From Podarcis bocagei (taxonomy: Eukaryota), in NCBI GenBank assembly GCA_964188305.1, contig OZ076889.1: DNA of 64,000 nucleotides, one strand, 5' to 3'. Both the position numbers and the translations under genes were made by a program. Under the pieces are notes generated by a model, which saw nothing but the letters and a program-made list of their open reading frames with translations, was not told the DNA's origin and made no database searches. The stretch's first letter is position 1. Every line of letters starts with the position of its first letter. Below, piece after piece: positions 62,316 through 64,000 of this stretch.

Positions 62316-64000
62316 TAAGTCAGAGAAATGTGGTGCATGTTGATTCTGTGCGTGCAGTGCAGCTGAGATTAGTAGCAGCCTCATATGGTACTGTGACATG
62401 GGGCAAGGGGTCCTAAGTGCAGGCCTCTGAGGAAAATAGAATATAACATTATAGACAAAGATGGTACTAGGATTTTAATGCCAGCCTGATCATCAAGCAT
62501 AGCCTCCCCACCCTGACCAGTTCTAGAAATCCGTAACCGAATACTTTTTATATCAGATTCCAACAGCCTAAATGAGTGATATGACATGGGGGAATGGTAA
62601 TTTCTATGGCTGTTTCACAGTCTGATGGAGTTTTTGCTTCATCAATGAATCATGGTGGGAATCTTATGCCATAGAGCTACACAAAGAATAAAAATTCAGC
62701 GTGGCTTCCTGTGTGAAATAGTGGCTTGGGAGGCAGGGCTGTGGAGCTCCTCTCCAGCCTTATGCTCAAAGGCATAACGCAGATGTTCAAAGGCATTCAA
62801 AGTGGGAGGAAGGAATCGGAACCATTGTGGCAAGTCCCCATCACCTTGCTGGACCCAACTTCCATTCATTAGAGGACAAGTTTCTTTACAGGCAACAACT
62901 CCTCATTTATGTGTGATTTATTAGCACACGACCAACACGTACAAGCAGTGCTAGGAACCTGGAAGATGAACCTGGAAATATTGAGCTCCCTGGAGAGTCC
63001 TCCTGGCTCACGAGGAGACCTTCCCCACAGCCCAAAGAGGACCTCAATGTGAGCTGGAGGGACACCAGGGCTTGCTCAGCTGATGCATGGGGAAGCAGCA
63101 ACAGTGGCTGTGCTGCCCCACATGTCAGCTGTTTGGCGGGGAGGTTGAGCAACTCAGTAAAGCCCCTCTGCCCCTCCAGCTCGCAAGGAAACCCTCTTTG
63201 GTGGGTCTGGGGTGAGTCTTCATGCAAGCCACTAGGATTCTCCAAGTTGCTCCCTGTTTTACACAATTTTACGTATGCATGCAGGGGCCCATAATGTAGC
63301 TACCACATAAATGGAGAGTTGCTTTTTAGTATGATATGTGCTGGCAAAGGGGGCGGGGGAGGCTCTTCATGCATAAGCTATTGTGCAGATGTGTCCTCCA
63401 ACACAGGGAGGTCAGACATAACAAATAGTGAGATCTGATTTCAATCCCTATCCCCATGTTTACTCTTTGAATGTGCACAGGGATTTATGGAGGGTTCTTT
63501 CACCCCCGTATAGCTGTGCCCTTCCCAGTTGCCTGGGTGTCACTGAGCTTAAGATGCATGTGTTTAAAGATATCCTCAGAGACATGGATTTCAGTGTGGA
63601 GAACCTTGGGCGGAGGGTTCCCCAGAAAGTACCATCTTTTGTAGTGAACATTTATGCTCACAGAATATTTTATGTTTCCATGCCAACCACAGGGCAGGGA
63701 GATGTGCACTTGGACTGTGGTTTACTTGTCTCTTTAGTCAAATAGACTTGAGTCAGGAGATTGGAAATGGGGAATTTGCAGAGAGAGGGAAGTAGCTGAA
63801 TGAAGGGGGTGATGTATGTGGAGGGAGAAAAGACAAACACAGGCATGTATCCTTCCTTGCTTTGCTGAGTTTTATTGCTGAAAGCAGAACACCAGTGCTT
63901 TGTGTGATAAGAGGACAACAGAACTGAGTTACAGAGAGTGCAATAGGGACCAGCCTATGCTCCATCCTAGGCAAAAAGGAATCAACCCCAGATTATTGTA

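Overview
Vertebrate genomic DNA. Two Sauria-type SINEs and the L2/CR1/RTE/MITE repertoire point to a squamate, most likely a lacertid lizard. The whole window lies inside one + strand gene, the LAR-family receptor tyrosine phosphatase PTPRF (LAR). I reconstructed 16 larger GT-AG exons with consistent phases: Ig3, FN3 repeats 1-8, furin site/stalk, transmembrane helix, juxtamembrane and wedge region, and the start of PTP domain D1. The gene's 5' and 3' ends lie outside the window. Four frame-preserving microexons correspond to known LAR splice elements: meB (12 nt, DPRE), meC/LASE-c (27 nt, strongly diverged LRFKDAIDH), LASE-b (12 nt, SKQE) and LASE-a (33 nt, GASGPSCPNIS). They are flanked by RBFOX, NOVA, QKI and pyrimidine-rich motifs. 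The best novelty lead is a candidate fifth microexon (21 or 27 nt, TYYWHYSA) at the FN3/FN4 hinge, behind a ~165-nt AG-free tract. Weaker leads are a candidate alternative last exon (soluble Ig1-Ig2 form) and a candidate poison exon. Introns carry nested transposons, including an internally deleted RTE LINE. All calls were made by eye with no database searches; orthologue comparisons are from memory and TE boundaries without TSDs are approximate.
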